DNA of 64,000 bases from assembly GCA_964467165.1 (NCBI GenBank), contig CAYXOL010000003.1, positions 32,415-96,414 of the forward strand. The letters are read 5' to 3'. Origin of the DNA: an uncultured Clostridium sp. Lineage in GTDB: Bacteria; Bacillota; Clostridia; Clostridiales; Clostridiaceae. Shown one piece after another: positions 40,682 through 50,602 of this stretch (the stretch's first letter is position 1; each line of letters starts with the position of its first letter). The translations under genes were made by a program, and so were the position numbers. The notes below the pieces were generated by a model, which saw nothing but the letters and a program-made list of their open reading frames with translations, searched no databases and was not told where the DNA came from.

Positions 40682-41013
40682 CTAAATTATTCTCCTTACA
40701 CATTATAAACTTTTTACTAAAACATATATTTATATGTTTGCAATTTAATATTTAGAAGATTATTCAAATGAGAATATAGAAAAGCACAGATTATAGCGCA
40801 CCCTTTAACATTGTTAAAGTAAATTATAAATTAGTAAATTATTATTGTTTATCAATTATGGATAAAACAAAAGGATAGCGAATATCTGGTAATTTAAAAC
40901 CATCTATTCACTACCCTCAATACTCTCTTTAACATTACACCTGCGTCTTAGTATTATGTATTCAGTTTTACCTTAACTTCCGACTATGTTATTTAAAATA
41001 GTAGCTAAATAAT

Positions 41014-41077
41014 AAGTATGAAATTTCTCCATAGTGACTTGCAATAAGAAGCGCAGAAACATTGAAATTTCATACTT
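41014..41077. repeat. Short copy of a MITE-like palindromic element
   Basis: 14-bp terminal inverted repeat AAGTATGAAATTTC; 37/39 identity to 49584-49622. Confidence 0.75.
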
Positions 41078-41080
41078 TTG

Positions 41081-42880
41081 TTATATCTCCTTTTCTAGCA
41101 TCTCTAATAACTCGTCAAATCTTCTTATAGTATCTTCTAAAGGTTTTGGCGTAGACATATCTACCCCTGCTTTCTTAAGTATATTTATTGGGTAGTCACT
41201 TCCACCACTTTTTAGGAATTCTTTATATTTTTCCACAGCAGGCTCGCCCTCGTAAGTTATCATTTTACTAAAGGAGTTAGCTGCTGCAAACCCTGTAGTA
41301 TATTGATATACATAAAAATCATTATAGAAGTGAGGTATTCTTGACCACTCCATATCTATACCTTCATCTACCACCATATCAACCCCAAAATACTTAACAT
41401 TTAAATCATGATAGATTTTGCATAATTCTTCTGGAGATAATGGATTGCCCTCTTCGATGTTTTCATGAGTTATTTTTTCAAACTCAGCAAACATACATTG
41501 TCTAAATACTGTAGTTCTTATTCCCTCTAATTGCTGATTTATTAAGAATAATCTTTTTTTCTTATCCGTTTCATTTTTAATTAAATAATCTATTAAGAGG
41601 CATTCATTAGTTATGGATGCCACTTCCGCACAAAATAACACATACTCAGAATATATATAAGGTTGAGACTTTCTTGAATAATAAGAATGAATAGAGTGAC
41701 CCATCTCATGAGCAAGTGTAGATACATCATTCAATTGGTAATTATAATTTAAAAGTACATAAGGCATACTGTCATAACAGCCCCAGGAATAAGCCCCTGT
41801 ACGTTTACCCTTGTTTTCAAATACGTCTACCCAACCTTCACTAATCCCTTTCTTAAAAATCTCTAAGTACTCCTGTCCTAGTGGACTAATGCCCTCCAAT
41901 GCAATTTTAACAGCATCAGCATACTCTATATGATCTACTTCTACATCAACTATTGGCACATATAAATCATACATATGAATTTCATCAAGTCCAAGCAATT
42001 TCTTTTTAAGGCTCACATATTTATGAAGTGATGATAAATTGTTATTAATAGTATCTACCACATTATGATAAACTTCTACTGGAATGTTATTTGGTTTTAA
42101 TGAACTTTCTAATGCAGATGCATAATTTCTTGTTTTTGCATTAAATACAAAATTCTTTATTGAAGATGTTAAAGATGCTGTTAGTGTATTTTTAAATCCA
42201 CTATAGGTTGTAAATAATGCTTCAAAGGCATCTTTTCTTACTCTTCTATCCTTAGATTTTATAAAAGTACTATAGTTTCCTTCTGTTAATTCAATCCCGT
42301 TACCACTTTCATCTTTTATACTTGGAAATGTCATGTCTGCATTGGTAAGCATTCCAAATATATTTCCTGGTGCATTTAAACAATCGGATACAGATGCTAA
42401 AAGCTTTTCTCCCTCTGCACTTAATATATGAGGCTTTTGATCTAAAATATCTAATAAATAGAATTCATAGAGTTTAAGTGCTGGAAGGCTTTTAATAGCC
42501 TCATCTACAGCGCCCTCTGGTAATGATAATAATTCAGGAACAAAAAATGCTGTGACACTGTAAACTTCTGCTGCATATTCATCAATCTTATTTTTAAGAA
42601 CTTGAAACTCAGCCTTAGCTGTATCCTCGTCCCCTCTTAAATGAGCGTATACAAGCAATTTATCTAAAAGTTTTCCAATCTCTACATTGCTTTCTAAAAA
42701 TGACAATAACTCTTCAGCAATTCCCAATTTCCCTGAGAACCTTTTCATTTCTGGAGCTTTAGATTTTAATATTTTAAAATCTTCTTCCCACGCCGCGGTA
42801 CCCCCATACATTTTATCAACTTTCCACTTATAGGTACTATTGATTTCATCTCTTGTTTTAAGCTTTTTAACTTCACTCAC
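41081..42880 (-). CDS. pepF: Oligoendopeptidase F (M3B)
   Basis: HEMGH zinc motif, GKRTGAYS and WSRIPHFY. Confidence 0.95.
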   Translation of the reverse strand: MSEVKKLKTRDEINSTYKWKVDKMYGGTAAWEEDFKILKSKAPEMKRFSGKLGIAEELLSFLESNVEIGKLLDKLLVYAHLRGDEDTAKAEFQVLKNKIDEYAAEVYSVTAFFVPELLSLPEGAVDEAIKSLPALKLYEFYLLDILDQKPHILSAEGEKLLASVSDCLNAPGNIFGMLTNADMTFPSIKDESGNGIELTEGNYSTFIKSKDRRVRKDAFEALFTTYSGFKNTLTASLTSSIKNFVFNAKTRNYASALESSLKPNNIPVEVYHNVVDTINNNLSSLHKYVSLKKKLLGLDEIHMYDLYVPIVDVEVDHIEYADAVKIALEGISPLGQEYLEIFKKGISEGWVDVFENKGKRTGAYSWGCYDSMPYVLLNYNYQLNDVSTLAHEMGHSIHSYYSRKSQPYIYSEYVLFCAEVASITNECLLIDYLIKNETDKKKRLFLINQQLEGIRTTVFRQCMFAEFEKITHENIEEGNPLSPEELCKIYHDLNVKYFGVDMVVDEGIDMEWSRIPHFYNDFYVYQYTTGFAAANSFSKMITYEGEPAVEKYKEFLKSGGSDYPINILKKAGVDMSTPKPLEDTIRRFDELLEMLEKEI

Positions 42881-42972
42881 TAAAATTTCCTTCTTTCATT
42901 TTATAAATTTAATATCCACTAAAATGCATTGTTAATTACATATTATCATATAATTTCCAAAATTTATACAAT

Positions 42973-43005
42973 CTAAAAAAACTCATATTTTATGAGTTTT
43001 TTTAG
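42973..43005 (-). terminator. Terminator after yjjW
   Basis: CTAAAAAAACTCATA/TATGAGTTTTTTTAG. Confidence 0.65.
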
Positions 43006-43064
43006 TTTCACATTTGAATAAATAGGCTAGCATATGGTGTTATTATTTACTTATTTGCGTCAAA

Positions 43065-43901
43065 CTATACCACAACTATATTTCTACACCCATTATTCCT
43101 AGCTGTCTCTGCCAACGTCTTCATGATTTCATCAGTAGGGGTATAGCTGTTTATCATATCTTGTCGAACACCAATTTGCCTATATTTTATAAGTTTGTAT
43201 CTTATATCTGGGTTTAAATCCACTATAAGTTTACTAATTTTATCTACATTATTAAAATTATCTAAAATATCCGGTACAATAACCGTCCTAATTTCATAAA
43301 TTTTGTTTAACTTAGCCAAATGTTTTACATTTTCTATGACGATATCATTATCCATTCCTGTGAGCATTTTATGCTCACCATTATCATAGGATTTTATATC
43401 TACCATTGCCATATCCATAACATTCACTAATTCTTCTTGTTTCCATAGCGGTACTGAACCATTGGTATCTACATAACAAGTTAACCCTAGTTTTTTAACT
43501 TCCCTAAATAACTCTGTTAAAAATTCACTTTGAAGCGTACACTCACCACCTGAAACTGTAATCCCAGAAATAAAAAATTTATTTTTTTCTATCTCTCCCA
43601 CAACTTCTTCTACAGTCATATTGAGGGCTTTAGGCGAACTATTTTTAGCACAAACTTTTATACACTCATCGCATTTACTACAAGCTGCCTGATACCATAT
43701 TACATTAGTATCTTTGGACTTAAGTGCCGTATAATGACAAGCACTTATACAAGCACCACAGTTATCACAAACATTTATAGTTTCTGGATTATGACAATAA
43801 AGACAGTTAAAATTACACCCCTGCAAAAATATTGCGGTTCTATTTCCAGGGCCATCCACAGAGCTAAAGGGAATAATCTTATTAACTAGTCCCTTAATCA
43901 T
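43065..43901 (-). CDS. yjjW: YjjW-family glycyl-radical activating enzyme (radical SAM)
   Basis: DGPG.R..F.QGCNFNCLYCHNPE, two ferredoxin Cys clusters and SGGE. Confidence 0.9.
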   Translation of the reverse strand: MIKGLVNKIIPFSSVDGPGNRTAIFLQGCNFNCLYCHNPETINVCDNCGACISACHYTALKSKDTNVIWYQAACSKCDECIKVCAKNSSPKALNMTVEEVVGEIEKNKFFISGITVSGGECTLQSEFLTELFREVKKLGLTCYVDTNGSVPLWKQEELVNVMDMAMVDIKSYDNGEHKMLTGMDNDIVIENVKHLAKLNKIYEIRTVIVPDILDNFNNVDKISKLIVDLNPDIRYKLIKYRQIGVRQDMINSYTPTDEIMKTLAETARNNGCRNIVVV

Positions 43902-45387
43902 TTTTTCTTATCTTTCGTTCCAATACCTTTTGATTAACTACTGCTCCAAGTCCCAGTGCTACTGTATCCTGTAACACTTGTTGTCCCTTTTGTAGTTTTT
44001 CTATTTCTGATCTTTTTACAAGATATCCTGTAATTCTTATTACGTCACAATCTGTTGAGTATGCTGAAAAATATCTCATCTGAAGCTTAAATGCGCCTTT
44101 AATAATATCTAGAACATAGTTCGGATTACTTTTAACTGTACTATCAAAATTAAATATATCGCCTATGCCTGATGGGAAAAACTTATGGAACTTAGCTGAC
44201 TGTACTATATGCTCTTGAAGTTCAGGTTCATCCCCAATTGGAATCCTACATCCCGGACTTATCCCCATATCAGAGTCAATACCCACTTGAGCATGTAATA
44301 AGTATTTCCCCTGAGATATACTGCAATTCTCATCATTATATTTATTAACCTCAGTCTCTAGCCTTTCAATAATTCTATAACCTAAATCATTTGCTATTTC
44401 ACTGTGCCCAAATCTATTTTCTAATTTATCTGCGTCTATAAAATGATTTACACATTCAGCCAAGCCAAACATACCAAACATCCCCGTAAAGTCTTCTTTA
44501 TTTATTAATCCCTCTTTAGCTAAGAAATTAGTTTCAAAGAATCCGCTTTCTTCCACTAAAAATCTTATTCTTTCCTTCATGTACCCAGCCATTTTCTCCA
44601 CTGCATCTGGTAATAGCACATTCATAAATTGCTCCTGATTTTCTGCTTTTTTAGCAAGTCCAGCTAAGTTTAATCTAGACAGTGTATAACTTCCCCCACC
44701 TATAGTAAGTCCATTATAACAACTAACTACAGCGTAGTTTCCATCAAATTCATTTGAAAACATCTCATGATTGGCAAAACTTGGCTTTGCAGTTATTAAT
44801 GCAGTATTAATTGCATCAATCGCAAAATCATCCGGGGTACTAGTACTATATTTTATAGTTAGATTAGGAATTGCATTTTGAAGTTCCCTCTCTGCTCTTA
44901 ATATTAGTCTTCCCGCTTTAGTATCAAGTGGTCCTATATTTGCATGACAGAAAGAATCTGTAATGGTTCTATCTATATGAGTTAAAAATAATTTTATTGC
45001 ATGAAAAGCTTGTTCTTCATCCACCACAAATGGCTCTAAAAGAGTATCGATATTCCCTATATATACTGGAAATGAAGATATAGATGGTACATGTCTATAT
45101 AATATTAATAGACTATTTGTAGCTTCCCAAATATCCTTTGGTGGTGTAAGTCCTAAAAACTCACTTCCATTTTCCATAAACTTTTCATAATTAGGCACTA
45201 TATACCTAGGTCTGTAAGGTGCATGCCCTTCAAAAAGATCACATATTATACCCTCATCACGAAGTTTTTGAGTTTCCTCTTGAATATTTAAAACATCAAT
45301 ACTATCTTCTGCAGCTCGTGCAAGAGTTAATACCTTTTGTTCATAAGTTAGGGTCCCATTTTTAATAATTTCTAAAATGTTGTTCAT
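43894..45387 (-). CDS. yjjI: YjjI-family glycyl radical enzyme (DUF3029)
   Basis: LTYEQK..LA, ICDLFEGHAPYRPRY, SCYN, HAQVG and C-terminal RITGY; coupled to the activase. Confidence 0.9.
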   Translation of the reverse strand: MNNILEIIKNGTLTYEQKVLTLARAAEDSIDVLNIQEETQKLRDEGIICDLFEGHAPYRPRYIVPNYEKFMENGSEFLGLTPPKDIWEATNSLLILYRHVPSISSFPVYIGNIDTLLEPFVVDEEQAFHAIKLFLTHIDRTITDSFCHANIGPLDTKAGRLILRAERELQNAIPNLTIKYSTSTPDDFAIDAINTALITAKPSFANHEMFSNEFDGNYAVVSCYNGLTIGGGSYTLSRLNLAGLAKKAENQEQFMNVLLPDAVEKMAGYMKERIRFLVEESGFFETNFLAKEGLINKEDFTGMFGMFGLAECVNHFIDADKLENRFGHSEIANDLGYRIIERLETEVNKYNDENCSISQGKYLLHAQVGIDSDMGISPGCRIPIGDEPELQEHIVQSAKFHKFFPSGIGDIFNFDSTVKSNPNYVLDIIKGAFKLQMRYFSAYSTDCDVIRITGYLVKRSEIEKLQKGQQVLQDTVALGLGAVVNQKVLERKIRKND

Positions 45388-45742
45388 TATAGCACCACTC
45401 CATTTAAATTATTTTAACCACATTATTTTTAAATGGGTTGTTTAACATATAAATATGTGAATTTATATGTTGTTAATTATATTTTACATCGAATAAAGTA
45501 TTTTTGCAAAGGATTTTCGTATTAATTGATAGGCATTATTTCATAAGTATAATTATGGATATATAAAATATATTACACCTTTATTTATAGATACAATTCT
45601 TATCCCCCGATAATCAATAGATTATAATAATCACAACTACACTATTTATGATTGTTTATTGTAATTTATGTTATTCTTAGTATATAATTCAATATATACT
45701 AAGAATAAAAGCTTACTAACCTGTGAAATAAGGGGGATATTT

Positions 45743-46297
45743 ATGAATGCAAATTTATCAATTTTAAAAGAAATAAAATTAAAAAATGGTGAGCAGTTAA
45801 TATTAAGAAAACCACTAATAGAAGATGCTAAAAAAATGATAGAATATCTTAACATTGTTGGTGGGGAAAGTGACAATCTTTTATTCGGCATAAATGAATT
45901 TCGACTTACTGCTCAGCAAGAAATGGAACATATTAAAAATATAAGCAATGATGCAAATACACTTATGGTCTTAGGACTTTTAAACGATACTATTGTTAGC
46001 GTTTCGCAGATTAGTTGTCCCAATAGAAAAAGAATATCTCATAATAGTGAACTCTCTATTTCAGTAAAAAAAGAATACTGGAGAAGTGGTATCGGTACTG
46101 CCGTAATGACAGAATTAATTAAATTTGCAAAAGAGAATAGTGAAATTAAAACCGTAAGCCTTGGTGTTAAAGCAAGTAATTGTAACGCAATTACAATGTA
46201 CGAAAGCTTCGGATTTATAAAGGTCGGCGCACATAGGAATTACTTCAATGTGAATGGTAATTTTGATGACGAAATATTAATGGACTTATATCTTTAA
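45743..46297 (+). CDS. GNAT acetyltransferase (RimJ/RimL-like)
   Basis: SVKKEYWRSGIG and N..AITMYESFGF. ATG 45743 follows GGGGG. Confidence 0.88.
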   Translation: MNANLSILKEIKLKNGEQLILRKPLIEDAKKMIEYLNIVGGESDNLLFGINEFRLTAQQEMEHIKNISNDANTLMVLGLLNDTIVSVSQISCPNRKRISHNSELSISVKKEYWRSGIGTAVMTELIKFAKENSEIKTVSLGVKASNCNAITMYESFGFIKVGAHRNYFNVNGNFDDEILMDLYL

Positions 46298-46337
46298 TAA
46301 TAAAATAGGAGTGACTAGAAATGGGGGAATATATAAA

Positions 46338-46835
46338 ATGCTAGAAACCAAACGTCTTAATATAATTTCTGCTACAGAAGCGGATATTGAAACTATTATT
46401 AAACTAGAAAACCACAGGGATAATCGTGATTTCATATGGCTTGGTACATATGACCAGCATAAGGCTGAAATCGAAGATAAAGACCATTTACTTTTCGTAT
46501 TTAGACAAAAGGATGATAATGTAATTGTTGGATTTGCATTAATTAGATTAGATTTTAAATCTAAAGTTTTTGAACTTCGAAGAATTGCTATTTCTCATAA
46601 AGGAATAGGATATGGCAAAGAAGTTATGAATGCATTATTAAAGTACGCCTTTGAAGAAATAAATATCAACCGTTTTTGGTTGGACGTATATCCAGATAAC
46701 GCCATAGGCATTAGTCTTTATGAAAAAGTGGGAATGCATCGCGATGGGGTTCTTCGTCAGAACTATAAATCTCATCGAGGTTATTTGGATCAAATAATAT
46801 ATTCTATGCTAAAAAGCGAATATTTTCAAAAATAG
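46338..46835 (+). CDS. GNAT acetyltransferase (spermidine acetyltransferase-like)
   Basis: KGIGYG and WLDVYPDN..GISLYEKVG..G.LR. Confidence 0.88.
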   Translation: MLETKRLNIISATEADIETIIKLENHRDNRDFIWLGTYDQHKAEIEDKDHLLFVFRQKDDNVIVGFALIRLDFKSKVFELRRIAISHKGIGYGKEVMNALLKYAFEEININRFWLDVYPDNAIGISLYEKVGMHRDGVLRQNYKSHRGYLDQIIYSMLKSEYFQK

Positions 46836-46864
46836 TTATCTTTATTTGATAAAGGAGATAAAAT

Positions 46865-47893
46865 ATGCTTTTAAGAGACTTAAAACAAACTATGCTTTTA
46901 CCTAACAGTGAAATTTTCATAAACAAAATAGTAAAAATCAAGGAAACTACTGTTCAATTAATTTCTATAACTTCGCAAGAACATAGAAATGTATTATGGG
47001 TCATGTATAAATTACCACACCATGTAAGTGAAGGAATAAATCCGGAAGAAATATCAGACCCTACCTCAAACCGAGCTGAAATGATTAATCATATTACCCA
47101 AGAAATAAGATTTCCAAATATTTATATATCTGAAATAATGATTCAAAATCAAAAGATGACATTTGCATCTTCAAGAGCCAATCCTTTGTCTTATAAAAAC
47201 TATGAAGAATATATGCGGCTGCAGCATTTTATGGAAAATGGACTGGATATAGAAAATTGGAATGAAGTTGATTTGGATAATATAGTTATAGCAGCTTATG
47301 AGCAAATGGAAAACGAAGAATTTCCAACAATAGATTTGTCAAAAAAATTAGATATTACTTTAAAAGTTAGTAGAGAGTTAAAGCAAGTTCTAATAAATCA
47401 ACCAATGACTCTAGAATTTAGCGAAGTTGAAAAAGGTACCAAGATTTATTTCTATGACTCTATTGAAAAGAAAAATCACCTTTTGTATATTAACAAGATG
47501 GAGCATTATGATCTTTGGAAAGAAGCAAATCCACCTTTTGAGGGTGAAGGAATGCGAGATTTTTCAAAAGCACAAATTGTGCAGATGAAACAGGAACATA
47601 AAGAAAATCTGGAGAAAATTTGTCCCAGTGGAATGAACTTAGCAATAATTCAATATGAAAGCGAGAATAATGTGCAACTCAATTTTTACTCTAAAGAATA
47701 TTTGGATGAAAGACCAGTCCAAAGAAACTCTTCAACCTGCATGTTTTTTAAATCAGATAAGCAGCTTGGGACAAACGGATTTAAAAGCCGAGTTTGCATG
47801 ATTAAACCAGTAGAAAAAGATTTTGAAGGTACCATTGCTGTTGAATTGTTCTCATACTTTATGGAAATACCAGAAGAAATATTATCTGTTTAA
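46865..47893 (+). CDS. Hypothetical protein (342 aa)
   Basis: Long ORF with AAGGAG RBS; no motif recognised. Confidence 0.75.
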   Translation: MLLRDLKQTMLLPNSEIFINKIVKIKETTVQLISITSQEHRNVLWVMYKLPHHVSEGINPEEISDPTSNRAEMINHITQEIRFPNIYISEIMIQNQKMTFASSRANPLSYKNYEEYMRLQHFMENGLDIENWNEVDLDNIVIAAYEQMENEEFPTIDLSKKLDITLKVSRELKQVLINQPMTLEFSEVEKGTKIYFYDSIEKKNHLLYINKMEHYDLWKEANPPFEGEGMRDFSKAQIVQMKQEHKENLEKICPSGMNLAIIQYESENNVQLNFYSKEYLDERPVQRNSSTCMFFKSDKQLGTNGFKSRVCMIKPVEKDFEGTIAVELFSYFMEIPEEILSV

Positions 47894-48070
47894 AGTTAAT
47901 AATGGGTGTGTAAATTATTTTGTGTATTCTCTCTCTTAGGCAAAAAATGAGTTTTATTTTTTTGTAAAAAAATGTTAATTAAAGCTATAACCCTCAGGGG
48001 TCTAGGGACAGACTCCCCTAAACTATAAACAACTAATTTATATATAAACTTTTTTAGGAGGTAGTGATAC

Positions 48071-48433
48071 ATGCTAGTTTTTTCAATAATTTTAATAAGT
48101 TTAGCATTGATTATTTATACAATTCCTATTTTAAATGAAGTCAAACTAAAGACTTTGTTACCTTGGCATGCCATTATGTTTTGTATAGGCTTTAGTTTTG
48201 ATTTAGTTAGCACTATTATAATGTATAATCTTGCTGGAAATAAATTAAGCTTTAGTTTACATTCTATATTAGGATATAGTGCATTGTTACTTATGTTAAT
48301 TAATGCTATTGGTTCTGTTATTATATTGAATATAAAACATAAAAATTTATTAGTTTCATTCTATAAGTTTAGTTTTTTCGCATGGATTATGTGGATTATT
48401 TCTTATATTTTAGGCATGTTTGTACATATGTAA
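48071..48433 (+). CDS. Four-TM membrane protein (HsmA/TIGR03987-like)
   Basis: ALIIYT, L.PWH..F..G..FD..T, H...G..ALLLM and W..W..SY..G. Confidence 0.7.
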   Translation: MLVFSIILISLALIIYTIPILNEVKLKTLLPWHAIMFCIGFSFDLVSTIIMYNLAGNKLSFSLHSILGYSALLLMLINAIGSVIILNIKHKNLLVSFYKFSFFAWIMWIISYILGMFVHM

Positions 48434-48543
48434 AACCTAATCAAAACAAATTGTTTGCAATTGCATTGTGAGAGTATACGCCTAAGCTTTCTAATAGATA
48501 TTATAAATAGCTATGGTGGCATTAATGATTAATTGGAGGAATT

Positions 48544-49041
48544 TTGATGTTTTTTCAATCAAAAAGTTTTTATGTAGATTTACTTGAGAATAAGGATTTA
48601 AATGAAGTCGTTAAAATTTATAATTCAAATAAACATTTTTTAGTAACCCATATGGATAAAGAAAAAATAACAAATGAATTTATATTTCAAGAACTTGAAT
48701 CAATGAAAGAAGTTGGATTTTACTCCTGTAAAATAGTTGAAATAAGTTCAGAAAAGATAATCGGAGTAATGGACTTTAAGGTAGGGAAAGAGACCTATTT
48801 ATCACTATTGATGATTCATAATGATTTTAAAAATAAAGGCCTTGGAAAACTAATTTTTCAGGGTTTTGAGGAATATGCAAAATCCTTAAAAAGTAAATAT
48901 ATTAGAATAGATGTAGTCACTAATTACGAGAATTCTGTACTTGATTTTTGGATTGAAAATGGGTTCATTAAATTTAAAAACGTAGAATTAAATTGGACAG
49001 GAAAATTTTTACCTGCTGTTATCATGAAAAAGAACCTGTAA
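48544..49041 (+). CDS. GNAT acetyltransferase
   Basis: LLMIH..FKNKGLG and FW..NGF. Confidence 0.85.
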   Translation: MMFFQSKSFYVDLLENKDLNEVVKIYNSNKHFLVTHMDKEKITNEFIFQELESMKEVGFYSCKIVEISSEKIIGVMDFKVGKETYLSLLMIHNDFKNKGLGKLIFQGFEEYAKSLKSKYIRIDVVTNYENSVLDFWIENGFIKFKNVELNWTGKFLPAVIMKKNL

Positions 49042-49124
49042 TTATATAAGACATAACATTCTTAATGTGCGTCACAATCACATTCTAAGTCGAATTAAAA
49101 ATACTTTTTAGGAGGAGAAGATTA

Positions 49125-49415
49125 ATGTTTATTTTATCATTAAAGTACATAAAGCCACTTGAAGAAGTTGATAGGGAAATAAAATCACACATACAATATT
49201 TAGAGAAATATTATTCACTACAAAAATTTATTTGTTCAGGAAGAAGAAATCCGAGGAGCGGTGGAATAATCCTTTGTAATGCTAAAAATATGGAAGAAGT
49301 TAAAACAATAATTGATGAAGACCCATTTTATATTAACAAAATTGCTGAATATGAAATAGTTGAATTTTTACCTACAAAATTTGCTGATGGATTTGAACGT
49401 TTTATAACTGAATAA
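49125..49415 (+). CDS. YciI family protein
   Basis: H..YL, SGR..PR.GG and DPF. Confidence 0.88.
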   Translation: MFILSLKYIKPLEEVDREIKSHIQYLEKYYSLQKFICSGRRNPRSGGIILCNAKNMEEVKTIIDEDPFYINKIAEYEIVEFLPTKFADGFERFITE

Positions 49416-49566
49416 TATTCGTATAGTTCGAAATGAATATAAAATATATTTTACCTCACTTAACGGCTATACATTCACTAATACTGAAAGAAAGGACTTA
49501 TCTTAACAGATAAATCCTTTTTTATATTACTATTTTTTCAATATTGTCTAACAATGTCTATAATAC

Positions 49567-49683
49567 TATGGAAAATTTCCCGGAGTGACTTGCAATAAGA
49601 AGCGAAGAAACATTAAAATTTCTTAATGGAATTTTCCGTTTAGAGCTCTTATTGCAAGTCACGCAGGGGGATTTTCATACTTT
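49567..49683. repeat. Full-length MITE-like palindromic element
   Basis: 16-bp perfect inverted repeat GTGACTTGCAATAAGA (49585/49647) inside imperfect outer arms; related to 41014-41077. Confidence 0.75.
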
Positions 49684-49684
49684 A

Positions 49685-50602
49685 TTACCCAAGTTTCGCC
49701 AGTTCCACTGCTATTTGCGCTCCAATTTTAGCATTATTATATACTAATTCAATATTTGAATCTAAGCTATCTCCACCAGTAATCTCCTTAACTTTTCCAA
49801 GTAAGAATGGTGTACTTTCTTTTCCTTTAATTCCTTTTTCTTTTAGTTCTTTTAATGCCTCAGTTATAGCATTAGTTATAACATCATAATCCATCTCATA
49901 CTTTTCTGGAATAGGATTCGCTATAACCATACCACCATTTAGTCCTAAATCCCATTTGGCTTTTAGTGCTAATGCAAGCTTGTCTGCGGAGTCTACACGG
50001 TAATCTACTGCAAAACCACTCTTTCTAGTATAGAAAGCAGGAAGTTCATCTGTACCAAATCCAACTACTGGAACACCTTGAGTTTCTAAATACTCTAAAG
50101 TCAGACCTATATCTAATATAGATTTCGCTCCAGCACAAATTACAGCAACATTTGTATGTGCAAGTTCTTGAAGATCTGCTGAAATATCAAAAGTCTCTTG
50201 TGCTCCTCTATGAACTCCACCGATACCACCTGTTGCAAACACCTTAACTCCTGCAAGTGCAGCAATTATCATTGTAGATGCTACTGTAGTTGCTCCATCT
50301 GCCTTATTTGCGATAATGAATGGAATATCACGTCTACTAGTCTTAATTACATTTTTACCGCTTCCAAGTACTTCTATTTCTTCCTTAGTTAGGCCCACTT
50401 TTAGTCTTCCATTAAGTATTGCAATAGTAGCAGGAACGGCTCCATTTGCTCTTATTATTTCTTCTACCTTAAGTGCTGTCTCAACATTTCTTGGATAAGG
50501 CATGCCGTGAGATATAATAGTAGATTCTAAAGCTACTACAGCTTTACCTTCCTTTAATGCTTTTGCAACCTCTGGTTTAATATCTAAATAATTATTTAAC
50601 AT
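49685..50602 (-). CDS. psuG: Pseudouridine-5'-phosphate glycosidase
   Basis: ALESTIISHGMPYP, TGGIGGVHRG, DISADL and GAKSILD. Confidence 0.95.
   Translation of the reverse strand: MLNNYLDIKPEVAKALKEGKAVVALESTIISHGMPYPRNVETALKVEEIIRANGAVPATIAILNGRLKVGLTKEEIEVLGSGKNVIKTSRRDIPFIIANKADGATTVASTMIIAALAGVKVFATGGIGGVHRGAQETFDISADLQELAHTNVAVICAGAKSILDIGLTLEYLETQGVPVVGFGTDELPAFYTRKSGFAVDYRVDSADKLALALKAKWDLGLNGGMVIANPIPEKYEMDYDVITNAITEALKELKEKGIKGKESTPFLLGKVKEITGGDSLDSNIELVYNNAKIGAQIAVELAKLG

Noticed and set aside
40700-41005. Possible gene relic or dif-like AACTTCCGACTATGTTATTTAAA
   Set aside because: Only very short frames are present, and the motif lacks the XerD arm and spacing of a true dif site.
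45430-45490. Rex-like operator upstream of yjjI
   Set aside because: A TTGTTAA half site is present but there is no properly spaced partner.
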